From: Fastidiosibacter lacustris
GTDB lineage: Bacteria; Pseudomonadota; Gammaproteobacteria; Francisellales; Francisellaceae
DNA: 32,000 bases
Reading direction: 5' to 3'
Assembly: GCF_003428155.1 (NCBI RefSeq)
Contig: NZ_QLIR01000012.1
Span: 1-32,000, forward strand
The position numbers and the translations under genes were made by a program. The notes beneath the pieces were generated by a model. That model searched no databases. It saw only the letters and a list, made by a program, of their open reading frames with translations, and was not told the origin of the DNA. Positions 14,383-24,031 of the stretch are shown here, one piece after another. Position 1 is the first letter of the stretch; every line of letters begins with the position of its first letter.

Positions 14383-14487
14383 CAGCTAAGGTACAGTATT
14401 TACTGCGCTTATTTTCTTTATTTTTAAATATATTTTATTTTTTTAGTTTTTAGTTAATTCAATATTCATTCAATCTAAGGAATCATC

Positions 14488-15204
14488 ATGAGAATATTTA
14501 AACCTATTGGCTTTTGTCGTGCTATGCATAGGGTAGCAGTGATCTCGCTTTTTGCTTTTGGCAGTGTAACGATTCATCCGTTGTATGCGGCAAGCTATCG
14601 GCTGGAGCCAATTAATGATTTAAGCAGTTATTATCAAGCAAACGATCATCAAGATTATTATGGTGATGATCCTCATGGTAAAAATGATAAATCGTTTTTA
14701 GGTGGCACCTTTAATTACTCAATACCACAGGCATCATTAGCTCATTCAAGCAAAAGTAGCGGTCATTATGGTTTTGGTGTGTTTGGCGGACAGGCATTTT
14801 ATTTGAATCAAAAGAATCTATTGGGGTATCAAATTGGCTTAAATGCCAATGCCAAATCGAGTTTTGCACAATTTGGGACGTTAAACAGACAGGTCAACGT
14901 GTCATTGTATGATCTTTACCTGCTTGGACAATATCATTTTGCGGTTAGTAACACATTTTTAGTGGGAATATCGGTGGGGGCTGGGTACGTCTACGGTTGG
15001 GTTGAAAACAATCCAGCCATAGGCTACTTTGGTCGATTTGAACCGATTGTTGGGGCGCAAATGGCGTGGTCAATCACAAATCAGGTTGCGTTGAATGCAA
15101 GCTACTTGCATTACTTTGGTGTTGCTAGTGATCGAGCTTATCAGTCGCGTCAGGCTTCACCATCAATCGATCGCATCAGTATCGGGGTGAGTTATGTATT
15201 CTAA
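14488..15204 (+). CDS. outer-membrane beta-barrel protein (small OMP, OmpX/Ail/OmpA-barrel-like)
   Basis: 238 aa. Signal peptide ending ...IHPLYA|AS, alternating aromatic/Gly-rich strands (GFGVFGGQAFY, GISVGAGYVYGW) and a C-terminal ...ISIGVSYVF with terminal Phe, as in OMP beta-signals. Confidence 0.7.
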   Translation: MRIFKPIGFCRAMHRVAVISLFAFGSVTIHPLYAASYRLEPINDLSSYYQANDHQDYYGDDPHGKNDKSFLGGTFNYSIPQASLAHSSKSSGHYGFGVFGGQAFYLNQKNLLGYQIGLNANAKSSFAQFGTLNRQVNVSLYDLYLLGQYHFAVSNTFLVGISVGAGYVYGWVENNPAIGYFGRFEPIVGAQMAWSITNQVALNASYLHYFGVASDRAYQSRQASPSIDRISIGVSYVF

Positions 15205-15502
15205 AAAGCATTCGATATTAGGCGATAGCAACTTACGTTGGCGGTGGATCTCATCGTTTATTGGTATTGCAATAGCGATTATGGTTTTAGTTTTTTTAAT
15301 GTTGATGACAGGCTGTGCCAGTCAAACCAAGCCGTTACCGATTTATAAACAAGTTGAAGTGCCAACGGTTAAAGCCTATCAGGAGAAAGTCAATCATGTA
15401 CAAAATTATGTGTATCGTGCAGATCATTCGGCACGTTTTAAGTCGTTAAGTGAATCAATGAGTGAAAAAAGAGGGGATATGAAGATGCAAATACAATTTT
15501 AA
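15194..15502 (+). CDS. putative lipoprotein
   Basis: 102 aa. A hydrophobic leader is followed by the lipobox-like LMTGC|ASQ. It overlaps the OMP gene end by 11 nt. Confidence 0.55.
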   Translation: MYSKKHSILGDSNLRWRWISSFIGIAIAIMVLVFLMLMTGCASQTKPLPIYKQVEVPTVKAYQEKVNHVQNYVYRADHSARFKSLSESMSEKRGDMKMQIQF

Positions 15503-15600
15503 TCAGAAGCATCGATTATTCATTCAGACATTAAAGGTAATGAATTAGGTAGAAAAAAATAAACCAAAATTAAAAAATCAAACAAAGAGGATAAACCATT

Positions 15601-15975
15601 ATGAATCATCAAATTTTTAATCTTACAACCGAAATAGACGTAAAAACAAAAGCAGAGGCAGGAACAAAAAACAGCCAATGGCGTGTGTTTTCTCAGCACT
15701 TTATTGAACAGAGTAAATTATGGTTGGTAGCACTGTGTTTTGTCATGGTGGTGATGATGCTGATGACTGGATTCAGTTATGCTGGTAATAAGGAAATTAT
15801 AGTACAAATTGATACGGTGACAGGTCCTGCTTCCTGGATTCAGAAGATGTTTGCTGTAGGGGCATTAGTTTCTGGCTTGATTGTCATGTTTGTGCAAAAG
15901 CATATTGTGTTAGGTATTGGTATTATTGGTTCGGTGTGGGGTGCTTTAGCCGTTTATAACGCTGGTTTATTTTAA
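15601..15975 (+). CDS. traA: F-type pilin precursor (TraA-like)
   Basis: 124 aa. A long leader ends ...GFSYA|GNKE. The roughly 63-aa mature part has two hydrophobic segments separated by a basic QKH, as in F propilin. It lies immediately upstream of traL-traE. Confidence 0.7.
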   Translation: MNHQIFNLTTEIDVKTKAEAGTKNSQWRVFSQHFIEQSKLWLVALCFVMVVMMLMTGFSYAGNKEIIVQIDTVTGPASWIQKMFAVGALVSGLIVMFVQKHIVLGIGIIGSVWGALAVYNAGLF

Positions 15976-16000
15976 CTGATCTTAACAAGAGGTATTGAGG

Positions 16001-16309
16001 ATGGATCGCTCAGAACAAGGCGATTTTTATCGCGTATCTAAATTTCTGAATCAACCACGGCGTATTTTAGGCTGTACGATGGATGAGTTTATTCCTGCAT
16101 TTACAGCTATTTTGGTGGGCTTGTTTTTATCGTGGTTATTAAGCTCACTTATTTTTGCAGGCACGTGGGTGTTTACCATTAAATATCTCAAAAGCAAATA
16201 TGGCGCTTCCTTTTTAATGGTAGGGATTTATTGGTACACGAGCGCGACCATTTCACGCAACTTTTTCCCGAAAACGCCACCCTCTGACTATAAGTATTGG
16301 TTGAGTTAG
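16001..16309 (+). CDS. traL: type-F conjugative transfer protein TraL
   Basis: FYRVSKFLNQPRRILGCTMDEFIPA...KYLKSKYGASFLMVGIYWY parallels F TraL ([24 protein letters not shown]...KKLKKGRGSSWLRDLIYWY). The ATG at 16001 is preferred over the tracked TTG at 15995. Confidence 0.9.
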   Translation: MDRSEQGDFYRVSKFLNQPRRILGCTMDEFIPAFTAILVGLFLSWLLSSLIFAGTWVFTIKYLKSKYGASFLMVGIYWYTSATISRNFFPKTPPSDYKYWLS

Positions 16310-16404
16310 TTTGTTTGATTACGCTCATCTTTTTTATTTTTTAATTAGCGCATAACAACAGACATATTGAACAATAATTTTCTTGGGTATAACGAGGATA
16401 AGGC

Positions 16405-16986
16405 ATGGAATATCAACAGTATCAAGGTTCATTAGCACATTTTAAAAAAATGAACCGTTATTTAACCATTGTGCTTTTGGCAATGGCAGTGGCTTTAGTT
16501 GGGATGAGCATTGCAGTCTATCGTGCGATTGGACACAAATCAGTGGTATTGATGCCACCTGTTTTAACCCAGCAGATGACCATTTCAGATGTCATGCCTG
16601 ATGCGGCTTACTTGCAGCAAATGGGGTTGTTTTTGGTGAGTTTGCGTTTAAACATCACCCCAAGCAATATTGACAATCATTTTAAAACCTTTTTAACGCA
16701 TGTTAATTCAAGCATCTATGGACAAGTGTCAGTTGAATTAGATGAGGAAATCAAGGCGGTACAGCGTGGACGGATTACCTCAGCGTTTTACCCACGAGAA
16801 CAATTAATTAATCCGCATGACTTATCGGTCAAAATCACGGGGCGCTTGGATAAATATGTCGGTAATCGACAGATATCCAGTAAAGATCAAACGTATCTTT
16901 TAACTTTTGATTACAACCAAGGTCATCTATCTATCATTGATTATTATCGTTTAGAGAGTAATCAAGATAAGGCAACAAAAAAATAA
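16405..16986 (+). CDS. traE: type-F conjugative transfer protein TraE
   Basis: An N-terminal TM, then DAAYLQQMGLFLVSLRLNITPSNID, close to F TraE (DASYLQQMALSFIALRLNVSSETVD). Synteny is traL-traE-traK. Confidence 0.9.
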   Translation: MEYQQYQGSLAHFKKMNRYLTIVLLAMAVALVGMSIAVYRAIGHKSVVLMPPVLTQQMTISDVMPDAAYLQQMGLFLVSLRLNITPSNIDNHFKTFLTHVNSSIYGQVSVELDEEIKAVQRGRITSAFYPREQLINPHDLSVKITGRLDKYVGNRQISSKDQTYLLTFDYNQGHLSIIDYYRLESNQDKATKK

Positions 16987-17008
16987 AGCTATAAAAAGAG
17001 GATGTCTC

Positions 17009-17794
17009 ATGGCGATTAACAAGATTGTATTAGGCTTATTGGTGACGGTAAGTGGCATTAGTATTATGTATGCAAATATCATCGATAAAACCGATGCAAT
17101 GGTTATCCCCCTTAAAAACAATCAAACGGTGGTAGTGCAGTTATCCAATAGTGACCCCAATCGTTTGTTTGTAGAGAATGACAAAATCAACAATGCCAAT
17201 TGTTTACAGGGTTTTTGTGGGGTGAGTTACGACCCTTCAGGTAGTGTGTATTTAACGTTAGGAGAAGCAGCACGCTATTCTTCTGGGTTTAGTATTTTCT
17301 TATCGACCGAATCCGGGCGGCATTTTACGGTGATTGGGATGCCAGAGCGTGCAGTCGGGAAAACCGTTGAGTTTAGTATTTCAGGTGGTAGCAGTGTTAA
17401 AGCGCGTGAATTTGAGAAGAAAACGCCTTATCAGGAAATGTTAGTACAGATTATTACCATGATGATTAATTATCGTGATGGTGAGCCGCTAACCGATGGT
17501 TGGAGCGTGGTTGATCTTCCTAATGATCAAAAGGATAAAAACAATAAAAACAAGCAAAAGGTTGAACCCGATCAACAAGGCTTACTGATTCAACCTGTAC
17601 AGATTTTTAGTGGTGGCATATTTCAGGGGATTGTTTATGCGGTAAAGAACACGGCAAATACACCAGCCAACTTAAGCACTAAAGCGTTTTATCAGCGCAG
17701 CATGGTCGCAGGTGCCTTGTCACATAAGGTACTAAAGCAAGGTGAGGTTGGGTATTTTTATGGCGTGATTCAATCAGAGCAAGATAATCCATAA
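17009..17794 (+). CDS. traK: type-F conjugative transfer protein TraK
   Basis: Signal peptide; KTPYQEMLVQIITMM matches F TraK STPYESLLVTISQAV; synteny agrees. Confidence 0.85.
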   Translation: MAINKIVLGLLVTVSGISIMYANIIDKTDAMVIPLKNNQTVVVQLSNSDPNRLFVENDKINNANCLQGFCGVSYDPSGSVYLTLGEAARYSSGFSIFLSTESGRHFTVIGMPERAVGKTVEFSISGGSSVKAREFEKKTPYQEMLVQIITMMINYRDGEPLTDGWSVVDLPNDQKDKNNKNKQKVEPDQQGLLIQPVQIFSGGIFQGIVYAVKNTANTPANLSTKAFYQRSMVAGALSHKVLKQGEVGYFYGVIQSEQDNP

Positions 17795-17877
17795 CACCAG
17801 TGTGTTAAACGTCTAACTATTCAAAAGCGAAAAAAGCGAAAAAAGGAAAAGTGCGCCAGTAATCTATGAGGTAAGCC

Positions 17878-19602
17878 ATGCTAAGTAAATTAAAACAGTT
17901 AAGACTATTACAAAAAACACAAGAAACACAAAAAATAAAACGATCAAATAAAGGAAAGGAAGAAAACGAAGAAAAGCAAGAGAGCCGTCAGACGATACAA
18001 TCTAAGCACGATGATAGCGGCAGTTACGGTGACGATATTGATGCAGTCGATTCGGCAGACAACCCCAACCAAGATCGCCGAAAGGTGATTATTCTGGTGG
18101 TTGTGAGCATTGTTGTTGGATTCGTATTTTATGCGGCGTATTCTTTTTTGTTTTCAACACCAGAGCGCGCTCATCAGGTGAGTAAGGCTAAAGCAAAAGA
18201 TCACTTTATTAAAGTAAAAGATCGCACCTTTACCGAAGAGGATAACACCTCTGCCTTATCTGCTCAGCAGGCGACTATTGATGAATTACAAAAGCAATTA
18301 CGTATCATCTCAATCAAAAGTGACGAGTTGGGTCAATCACAGATAAAACAGCAAGCGCAATGGGATAAGCAAAGGATTGAGTTGCAAGCGCAATTAAACG
18401 ATGCCCTTAAAAAGGTGGCAGACTATCAGACAGTGGCACCATCCCATATAAGCTCGGAGCTTACCAACACCCCATCTCAACCGAAAGGACAGCGACTAGA
18501 TGGTACACACAGTCAATCAAGTAAAGAGAGTGAACAAAAGAATCAAAACAATCAAAACAATCAAAACAATCAAAACAATCAAAACAATCAAAAAAATGCG
18601 CAAGCGTTAGGTTTACCACAACCTTATTACCCTTCGGTGACCGCAGGAGAGATTCCAGTGATGCAGCACTTTAACAATCCGTTTATTGAGGCTGAACGTG
18701 CAAACAAAGCCCAAGCCGCGGCAGACAATCACTACAAACGCACGTGGAAGAACTTTGTGCCAACAGGGACGTTTTGTCGGGCGACTTTATTAGGTGGTGC
18801 TGATGCGAATGCTGGCGTTGATTCACAAGGGGATAGCTCCCCGATTATTTTTAAGGTAGATAACAATTGTATCTTACCTAATGGCAAGCATTCTCAGCTT
18901 AAGGGCGCATTTATTACGGCTTCGGTTTATGGTCGGATTTCATCTGAACGTGGCATTGTGCGTTTGGATAATATTTCGTTGGTACGTAAAGACGGCAGTA
19001 TTTTGGATATCCCTGTTGAGGGAACAGCCTTTGATGTGGGTGGAAAGAATGGTATCCGTGGGATCCCTGTGCTTAAAAATGGCAAGATTATTCAAATGTC
19101 GGGTCTATCAGGATTCTTATCAGGCGTTGGTGGGGCAATCAATCAGTCATCAACTACCACCAGTGTCTCACCGTTGGGTGCTACACAGAGTATTGATCCG
19201 AGTAAAGTGCTGCAAGCGGGCTTAGGGCAAGGTGGTCAGACGGCATTAGCTAAGGTTGCTGATTATTACCTGAAATTAGCTGAGCAGTATTCCCCGATTA
19301 TTCAGTTAAATGCGGGATCAATTGTTGATATTGTTTTTTTAAAGGGCTTCCCGATTGAAGATGAGAAAATGATGCAGCGTTATGAGGCAGCGGTCAATAG
19401 CGCACGTGAGCAAAAGCAAAATGGGCAAAATGGACAACCTTTGCAGCAAATGCTTCAGGCACCGACAAATCCGCTGATGCAGAATGTGCCGAAACCTTAT
19501 AGTCAGTCGCACGGTCATTCGATGTTAACAGGGGGAGCGCCTAGCTTGTCCTATAACCAACGCTTTAATAAAACGATGCAAGATAAATTAGGGGCATACT
19601 AA
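17878..19602 (+). CDS. traB: type-F conjugative transfer protein TraB (VirB10-like)
   Basis: 574 aa with an N-terminal TM (VIILVVVSIVVGFVFYAAYSFLF), a coiled coil and a conserved C-terminal VirB10-like region. Synteny is between traK and traV. It contains long N/Q repeat insertions. Confidence 0.85.
   Translation: MLSKLKQLRLLQKTQETQKIKRSNKGKEENEEKQESRQTIQSKHDDSGSYGDDIDAVDSADNPNQDRRKVIILVVVSIVVGFVFYAAYSFLFSTPERAHQVSKAKAKDHFIKVKDRTFTEEDNTSALSAQQATIDELQKQLRIISIKSDELGQSQIKQQAQWDKQRIELQAQLNDALKKVADYQTVAPSHISSELTNTPSQPKGQRLDGTHSQSSKESEQKNQNNQNNQNNQNNQNNQKNAQALGLPQPYYPSVTAGEIPVMQHFNNPFIEAERANKAQAAADNHYKRTWKNFVPTGTFCRATLLGGADANAGVDSQGDSSPIIFKVDNNCILPNGKHSQLKGAFITASVYGRISSERGIVRLDNISLVRKDGSILDIPVEGTAFDVGGKNGIRGIPVLKNGKIIQMSGLSGFLSGVGGAINQSSTTTSVSPLGATQSIDPSKVLQAGLGQGGQTALAKVADYYLKLAEQYSPIIQLNAGSIVDIVFLKGFPIEDEKMMQRYEAAVNSAREQKQNGQNGQPLQQMLQAPTNPLMQNVPKPYSQSHGHSMLTGGAPSLSYNQRFNKTMQDKLGAY
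18541..18594 (+). repeat. 9-nt tandem repeat AATCAAAAC x5 + AATCAAAAA (encodes NQN repeats in TraB)
   Basis: Units start at 18541, 18550, 18559, 18568 and 18577 (all perfect) and 18586 (variant). They are in frame. Confidence 0.95.
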
Positions 19603-19603
19603 C

Positions 19604-20098
19604 ATGGTCACAACAATGTTTAGAAAATTGAAAACAAGTGCACTGATACTGCTAGGATTATCGAGCGTATTGTTATCAGGTTGTGCGGTGATGAGTAATG
19701 ATTTTGATTGTACCAAAGTAGGTGGTATTCACGGTTGTGCTTCATTGGATCAGGTGTATCAGATGAGCAACCAAGGTCAGTTGCCTGATCAAATAAATCA
19801 AACAAATCAAACAAATCAGATCAATACATCATCACTTAACCACGGTGGGTCTGTTAATGCGGCAGGAAGTAGGTTCTCAGCACCTAGTCAGAGCGCGTTA
19901 AGTGGTTATAGCAACGCAATTCCTAATATTGGGCAACCTGTGCGTTTTGGCGATAAGATTCAGCAAGTGACGATTTTCCCTTATCAGGATAGTGCAGGAA
20001 ATTATCATGAAGCCAGTATCGTGTATACGGTACTGAAAAAATCACACTGGATTGATTATCCGGTGTCGCAAATTCAAACCGATGATAGTGAGGTGTAA
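19604..20098 (+). CDS. traV: type-F conjugative transfer lipoprotein TraV
   Basis: Lipobox LLSGC|A followed by FDCTKVGGIHGCASLDQV, compared with F TraV LLLSGCAGTSTEFECNATTSDTCMTMEQA. The start lies 1 nt after the traB stop. Confidence 0.9.
   Translation: MVTTMFRKLKTSALILLGLSSVLLSGCAVMSNDFDCTKVGGIHGCASLDQVYQMSNQGQLPDQINQTNQTNQINTSSLNHGGSVNAAGSRFSAPSQSALSGYSNAIPNIGQPVRFGDKIQQVTIFPYQDSAGNYHEASIVYTVLKKSHWIDYPVSQIQTDDSEV
19790..19825 (+). repeat. 9-nt periodic repeat CAAATAAAT/CAAACAAAT x2/CAGATCAAT (INQTNQTNQIN in TraV)
   Basis: Four consecutive 9-nt units read directly from the sequence. Confidence 0.9.
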
Positions 20099-20100
20099 TC

Positions 20101-22863
20101 ATGGGGTTTCTGTCATCAATTACTTCTAAATCAAATAAATCAAATAAAGTAAATAAAAGAGATAACAACAATAAAAATAAAGATGTGATCAAACAGATGA
20201 TGCAACAGCAATCGCCTAACATGCCGATGTTTCACCATGAATTACCTTACCGTTATTTTGATAGAGAGCATAAGATTTTTATCAATGAGCATCAAGGCGA
20301 TCTTATGGATAAACTCAAAGGCAATATGGGCAATAAAGTTGGGTTTGGTTTTGCGCACGAAATATCGCCTTTATCAGGCAGCTCTCCTTCGGTTGCAGAA
20401 AGTTTAAATGAAATGATTTGCAAGAAATTACCAACAGGTAAAAAGTGGGCGTATCAGTTTGTGCTAACGGCTGATCGTAAAGTCTCTGAAATGATTGAAA
20501 CCAATCGTGAGATACATGCTAAAAATGGTGGGATGTATGAGAAGCTGGCACAGTATCAAGCAGATATGGCGAATAAAGCGTTAACTGATGGCTTTAATCA
20601 TGGATTTGGTAAAGGGGCGCGATTTGACTTAAAAAACTATCGTTCGTATTTTTTTGTGAATACGGTTGAAGATAACTTAAAAAAGCTACTGGAAGTCAAA
20701 GAAGAAACTGAGAATGATTTATCAGCGATTGGTACCAGCTTTCGTGATATGGATGCTGAGGATTTGATTGCCTATGTTGAGGGGATGGTCAATCACAACA
20801 CGACTGAAACGACCCTGCCACGGATTAACTATAATCCGTATGAAGAATTAAGCCAGCAAGTCTATGATCGCACCACGCAAATCAATGCGTCCAATCCACG
20901 TTTTATCGATATTACTTTTCATGATGCAACAACGCATGACATCAATCAACCGATAAAAACACGTGTGGTTTGTTTGACCTTGAAGAAATTACCCAGTGAA
21001 ATTTATCATTGGCATTTACCGAAATATTTATCGTCTTTTAAAGCGATGGGTGCTGCGCTTGCTTGTCCTTTTATGTGGTCACTGAATTTCCAGATTGAGA
21101 GTAAAGCCACCTCTGAAAAAGAGGTTAATGGTAAGATTACCAGTTTAAATCGGGCAAAACAATCAGGGCTGGGGCGCTTTATGCCTTTTTTAGAGGATGA
21201 ATTGGAAGAGAATATGGAAGCACAACGCGGGTTGGCCGGGGATATTTATCGGTTGTGTAATTTCTCAGTCGATTTGATTTTGTACACCAATTATCAAAAC
21301 TGGCGGGCAGATGTATCGCGCGCGATGAATCTATTTCGTGATGGGTTAGAACTTTTTCATCCGATCAGGATGCAGAATCAGGTATTTTTATCGTGTTTAC
21401 CCTTTATGTATACACGTCTTTCTGATGATCGTAAAGTATCGGCAACCAGACATCGTGCCAAATCATCGAACATTGCCAATATGGCACCGATGATTGGTGA
21501 TTATAAAGGCGCTTATGATCAGAGTAAGTCAAGTCCTTATCGAGGCTTATCGTACGGGTTGTTAACGCCGACACGTACCAATCAGATTGCGTATTTTAGT
21601 CCCTTTATTATGGGCACGGACTCTTACAATATTGTGATTGCGGGATCAATGGGATCGGGTAAATCGGTCTTGGGGCAATCGATTATTTTAGACTTGTTGT
21701 CAAATAATGGGTTGGTTTTTGCCTTAGATAAAGGCGGTTCTTATCGGGATATGTGTCGGGCGATTGGTGGGCAGATGATTCATGCGGCGAGTTTACATTT
21801 AAACCCTTTTTCGCATTTGGACTATGAAGCGATGCAGCGTGATCCTGATTTAGTTAATGATCCTGATATCTCGATTGAAGCAATCTTCTTAAACTCGTTA
21901 TCGATGATTACCGAATTGTACGCGATGATTGGGCGACCGAATGAGATCGTGACTGACTTTGAGAAAAACTTTTTAAATGGTTGTGTGACACGTGCCTATG
22001 CCAAAAAGCAAACGAACACCTTAGTTGATGATGTGGTCGCAGAGATTGCATCCGAATTACACGCTGAACAGGAGAAAGGGTTACCCTTTGATCGCAGAAA
22101 AGCTGACTGGATTGATTATTTATACAAATATACTAGCCAAGGGTCATCACCTGAGGTATTTAATAAACCCTCTATGCTTGATCCGAAAGCGAATTTTATC
22201 TGTATCGAAACAGAGGGAGTGCCCGCGCATTTAAAAAACCCTGTGACGATGGCATTAACGATTGATATTGATCATCGGATTATCTTATCGGAAAGCGCAC
22301 GTCCTAAAGGATTTGTGATTGAAGAAGTTGGGGCAATCCTTAAGAATCTTAATTCAGACGCTTTGCGCCAAAAGATTGAGGAGGGCGCTGCCACCTATCG
22401 CAAGAAAGGGGCAACGTTAATCACGATCACACAGGAAGTTGAAGAGTTTTTTCATTCACCGTTATTGCAGGTGATCTATAACAAATCGGAGCTTAAAATG
22501 ATTATGCGTCAAGGAGATAGTTTTGCGGCGTTTGCCAAAGAAAAAGAATTGTTCGATACCGCTGATATTGAACAGATTAAGCGCTTTAAGAAATCCTCGG
22601 AAGCGATGTTTTCGACATTTTTGCTTAAAAATGGCAATGCCACGTCAATCCATCATTTCTATCTTGATCCGTATTCCAAGGTGTTAACCTCAACCAAACC
22701 AGAAGATATGGCAGCGATTAAAGCGTATCGTAAGCAAGGCTATAGCATAGGCGAGGCTGTGGAGCAGGTGATGTGGGATTACTATGGTGAGGAAGCCCAA
22801 GCGTTAATGGATTATCGTCAACATCAAGCGAATGCTGCGCTTAAGATTCAGGCTATTGATTGA
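20101..22863 (+). CDS. traC: type-F conjugative transfer ATPase TraC (VirB4 family)
   Basis: 920 aa with Walker A VIAGSMGSGKSV and a Walker B-like GFVIEEVG. Size and position (after traV) match TraC. Confidence 0.9.
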   Translation: MGFLSSITSKSNKSNKVNKRDNNNKNKDVIKQMMQQQSPNMPMFHHELPYRYFDREHKIFINEHQGDLMDKLKGNMGNKVGFGFAHEISPLSGSSPSVAESLNEMICKKLPTGKKWAYQFVLTADRKVSEMIETNREIHAKNGGMYEKLAQYQADMANKALTDGFNHGFGKGARFDLKNYRSYFFVNTVEDNLKKLLEVKEETENDLSAIGTSFRDMDAEDLIAYVEGMVNHNTTETTLPRINYNPYEELSQQVYDRTTQINASNPRFIDITFHDATTHDINQPIKTRVVCLTLKKLPSEIYHWHLPKYLSSFKAMGAALACPFMWSLNFQIESKATSEKEVNGKITSLNRAKQSGLGRFMPFLEDELEENMEAQRGLAGDIYRLCNFSVDLILYTNYQNWRADVSRAMNLFRDGLELFHPIRMQNQVFLSCLPFMYTRLSDDRKVSATRHRAKSSNIANMAPMIGDYKGAYDQSKSSPYRGLSYGLLTPTRTNQIAYFSPFIMGTDSYNIVIAGSMGSGKSVLGQSIILDLLSNNGLVFALDKGGSYRDMCRAIGGQMIHAASLHLNPFSHLDYEAMQRDPDLVNDPDISIEAIFLNSLSMITELYAMIGRPNEIVTDFEKNFLNGCVTRAYAKKQTNTLVDDVVAEIASELHAEQEKGLPFDRRKADWIDYLYKYTSQGSSPEVFNKPSMLDPKANFICIETEGVPAHLKNPVTMALTIDIDHRIILSESARPKGFVIEEVGAILKNLNSDALRQKIEEGAATYRKKGATLITITQEVEEFFHSPLLQVIYNKSELKMIMRQGDSFAAFAKEKELFDTADIEQIKRFKKSSEAMFSTFLLKNGNATSIHHFYLDPYSKVLTSTKPEDMAAIKAYRKQGYSIGEAVEQVMWDYYGEEAQALMDYRQHQANAALKIQAID

Positions 22864-22969
22864 TCCTGTGGATTGGGATGGTCTTATGACAGCCGCGCCG
22901 TGTTGCGTCAATAAAAGTAAAAAAGCAAAAAAAGTAAAAAAAGTAAAATAAAAAAAAGAGGGGTAACGT

Positions 22970-23326
22970 ATGTTTGACCTGATCTATCGGGGATTACAAG
23001 TAGTTTTGTTGCTGATGTTATCGATTATGTTGAGTGTAACATTTATCAAGCTGACAACACCGCCACCGATAAAGATGGTGAGTGTTGATGTGTCCAGCAT
23101 GATCAAAACCTTTGCCAAAGAAAGTAGCAAATTAAACTTAACTGAGCATCAACAAAAGGATTTATCACGTGATTTTGCCGATGCATTAACCCGCGTCAAT
23201 CAGGCGTATGGTAAAAAACATCATGCGATTGTGTTAGTCAGTGGGGCGGTGGTTGCGGGTGTCGAGGATGTGACGTCTGAGATTCAGGCGCAGGTTTTTA
23301 ATCAAATTGATTTTAAGATAGAGTGA
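22970..23326 (+). CDS. trbI: type-F conjugative transfer protein TrbI
   Basis: 118 aa with an N-terminal TM. GKKHHAIVLVSGAVVAGVEDVTSEIQ parallels F TrbI QQKHHAVILVSPAVVQGAPDITREIQ. Confidence 0.85.
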   Translation: MFDLIYRGLQVVLLLMLSIMLSVTFIKLTTPPPIKMVSVDVSSMIKTFAKESSKLNLTEHQQKDLSRDFADALTRVNQAYGKKHHAIVLVSGAVVAGVEDVTSEIQAQVFNQIDFKIE

Positions 23327-23334
23327 GGATTGTT

Positions 23335-23850
23335 ATGTTAAAGAAAATAAGTATTTTGTTCATAGGTCTTTGGTGTCTTAATCCTATGGCATTTGCAAAT
23401 AAAATAAATGAAAGCGGGGAAGAGCAATTTGCCAAAACCTATGCGTGTTTTTTAGATAAATATTCCAAAGACAGCAGGTTAATACAATCACTTATTCAGC
23501 CTGAGTCTGAAGATAGCCAGATGAATGCCAATGCGCTCATTCAAAAATATGGTAAAGAAAAATACGAATTAAGCATTAGTGCGTTAGTTGATTATTATGC
23601 ACAGTGCCAAGGGCTTTTGGTTAGACATAACGTGCGCTCAGATGTGATTAAAAATGAAGATCAGTGCTGGCTATCCATGATGGCAAAAGATAAAAGAGTT
23701 TTAAAACCAATGTTTCTATTTTTCTTTCCAAGTATATTTAATTCAGAAGAAGTGAGTGATTTTTTCACTTTAACCTCGAAAGAAGCAATACAAGAGAATG
23801 CTATAGCGATGTTTGAGATTGCGCAGAAGTGTAATCATTCGTCAACATAA
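23335..23850 (+). CDS. hypothetical exported protein (not part of the canonical F tra set)
   Basis: The start is taken at ATG 23335, after GTGAGGA. The signal peptide is MLKKISILFIGLWCLNPMAFA|NK. It has four Cys and no recognisable family. Confidence 0.55.
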   Translation: MLKKISILFIGLWCLNPMAFANKINESGEEQFAKTYACFLDKYSKDSRLIQSLIQPESEDSQMNANALIQKYGKEKYELSISALVDYYAQCQGLLVRHNVRSDVIKNEDQCWLSMMAKDKRVLKPMFLFFFPSIFNSEEVSDFFTLTSKEAIQENAIAMFEIAQKCNHSST

Positions 23851-24031
23851 GACTGTAAGCTGCGGAGAGTGTTTTAAACTTTCCGCATTCTAACTGTTGT
23901 TTTTTATCATCATTTACTTTTTTTGCGTTATCACATTGTTCTTTGTGATAGGCAATGGCTTCTTGCATATTGCTAAATGCAATTGCATTAGAAATGTTAG
24001 TAAGCAATATCAATGTTAATAATGTTTTCAT
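23801..24031 (-). CDS. possible small exported Cys-containing protein on the opposite strand
   Basis: 76 aa with a signal-like MKTLLTLILLTNISNAIAFS. It fills an otherwise 200-bp gap in a tightly packed operon. However, it has no obvious SD, and its 3' 50 nt overlap the convergent ORF. Confidence 0.3.
   Translation of the reverse strand: MKTLLTLILLTNISNAIAFSNMQEAIAYHKEQCDNAKKVNDDKKQQLECGKFKTLSAAYSLMLTNDYTSAQSQTSL

Noticed and set aside
18881-19225. 114-aa alternative-frame ORF inside traB. Similar nested ORFs occur at 19620-19814, 19923-20222, 22025-22234, 24262-24574, 25508-25884, 26038-26298, 27444-27671, 27946-28388, 28820-29140, 29172-29679, 30917-31141, 31188-31382, 31457-31780 and 31753-31977.
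   Set aside because: All are embedded in, or antisense to, strongly supported tra genes, and none has recognisable motifs. I treat them as chance ORFs.
22886-22948. Tiny ORF MTAAPCCVNKSKKAKKVKKVK in the traC-trbI spacer
   Set aside because: Its Lys-rich tail is simply the A-rich 9-nt repeat read in frame. There is no SD and no precedent, so I keep it as part of the repeat observation only.
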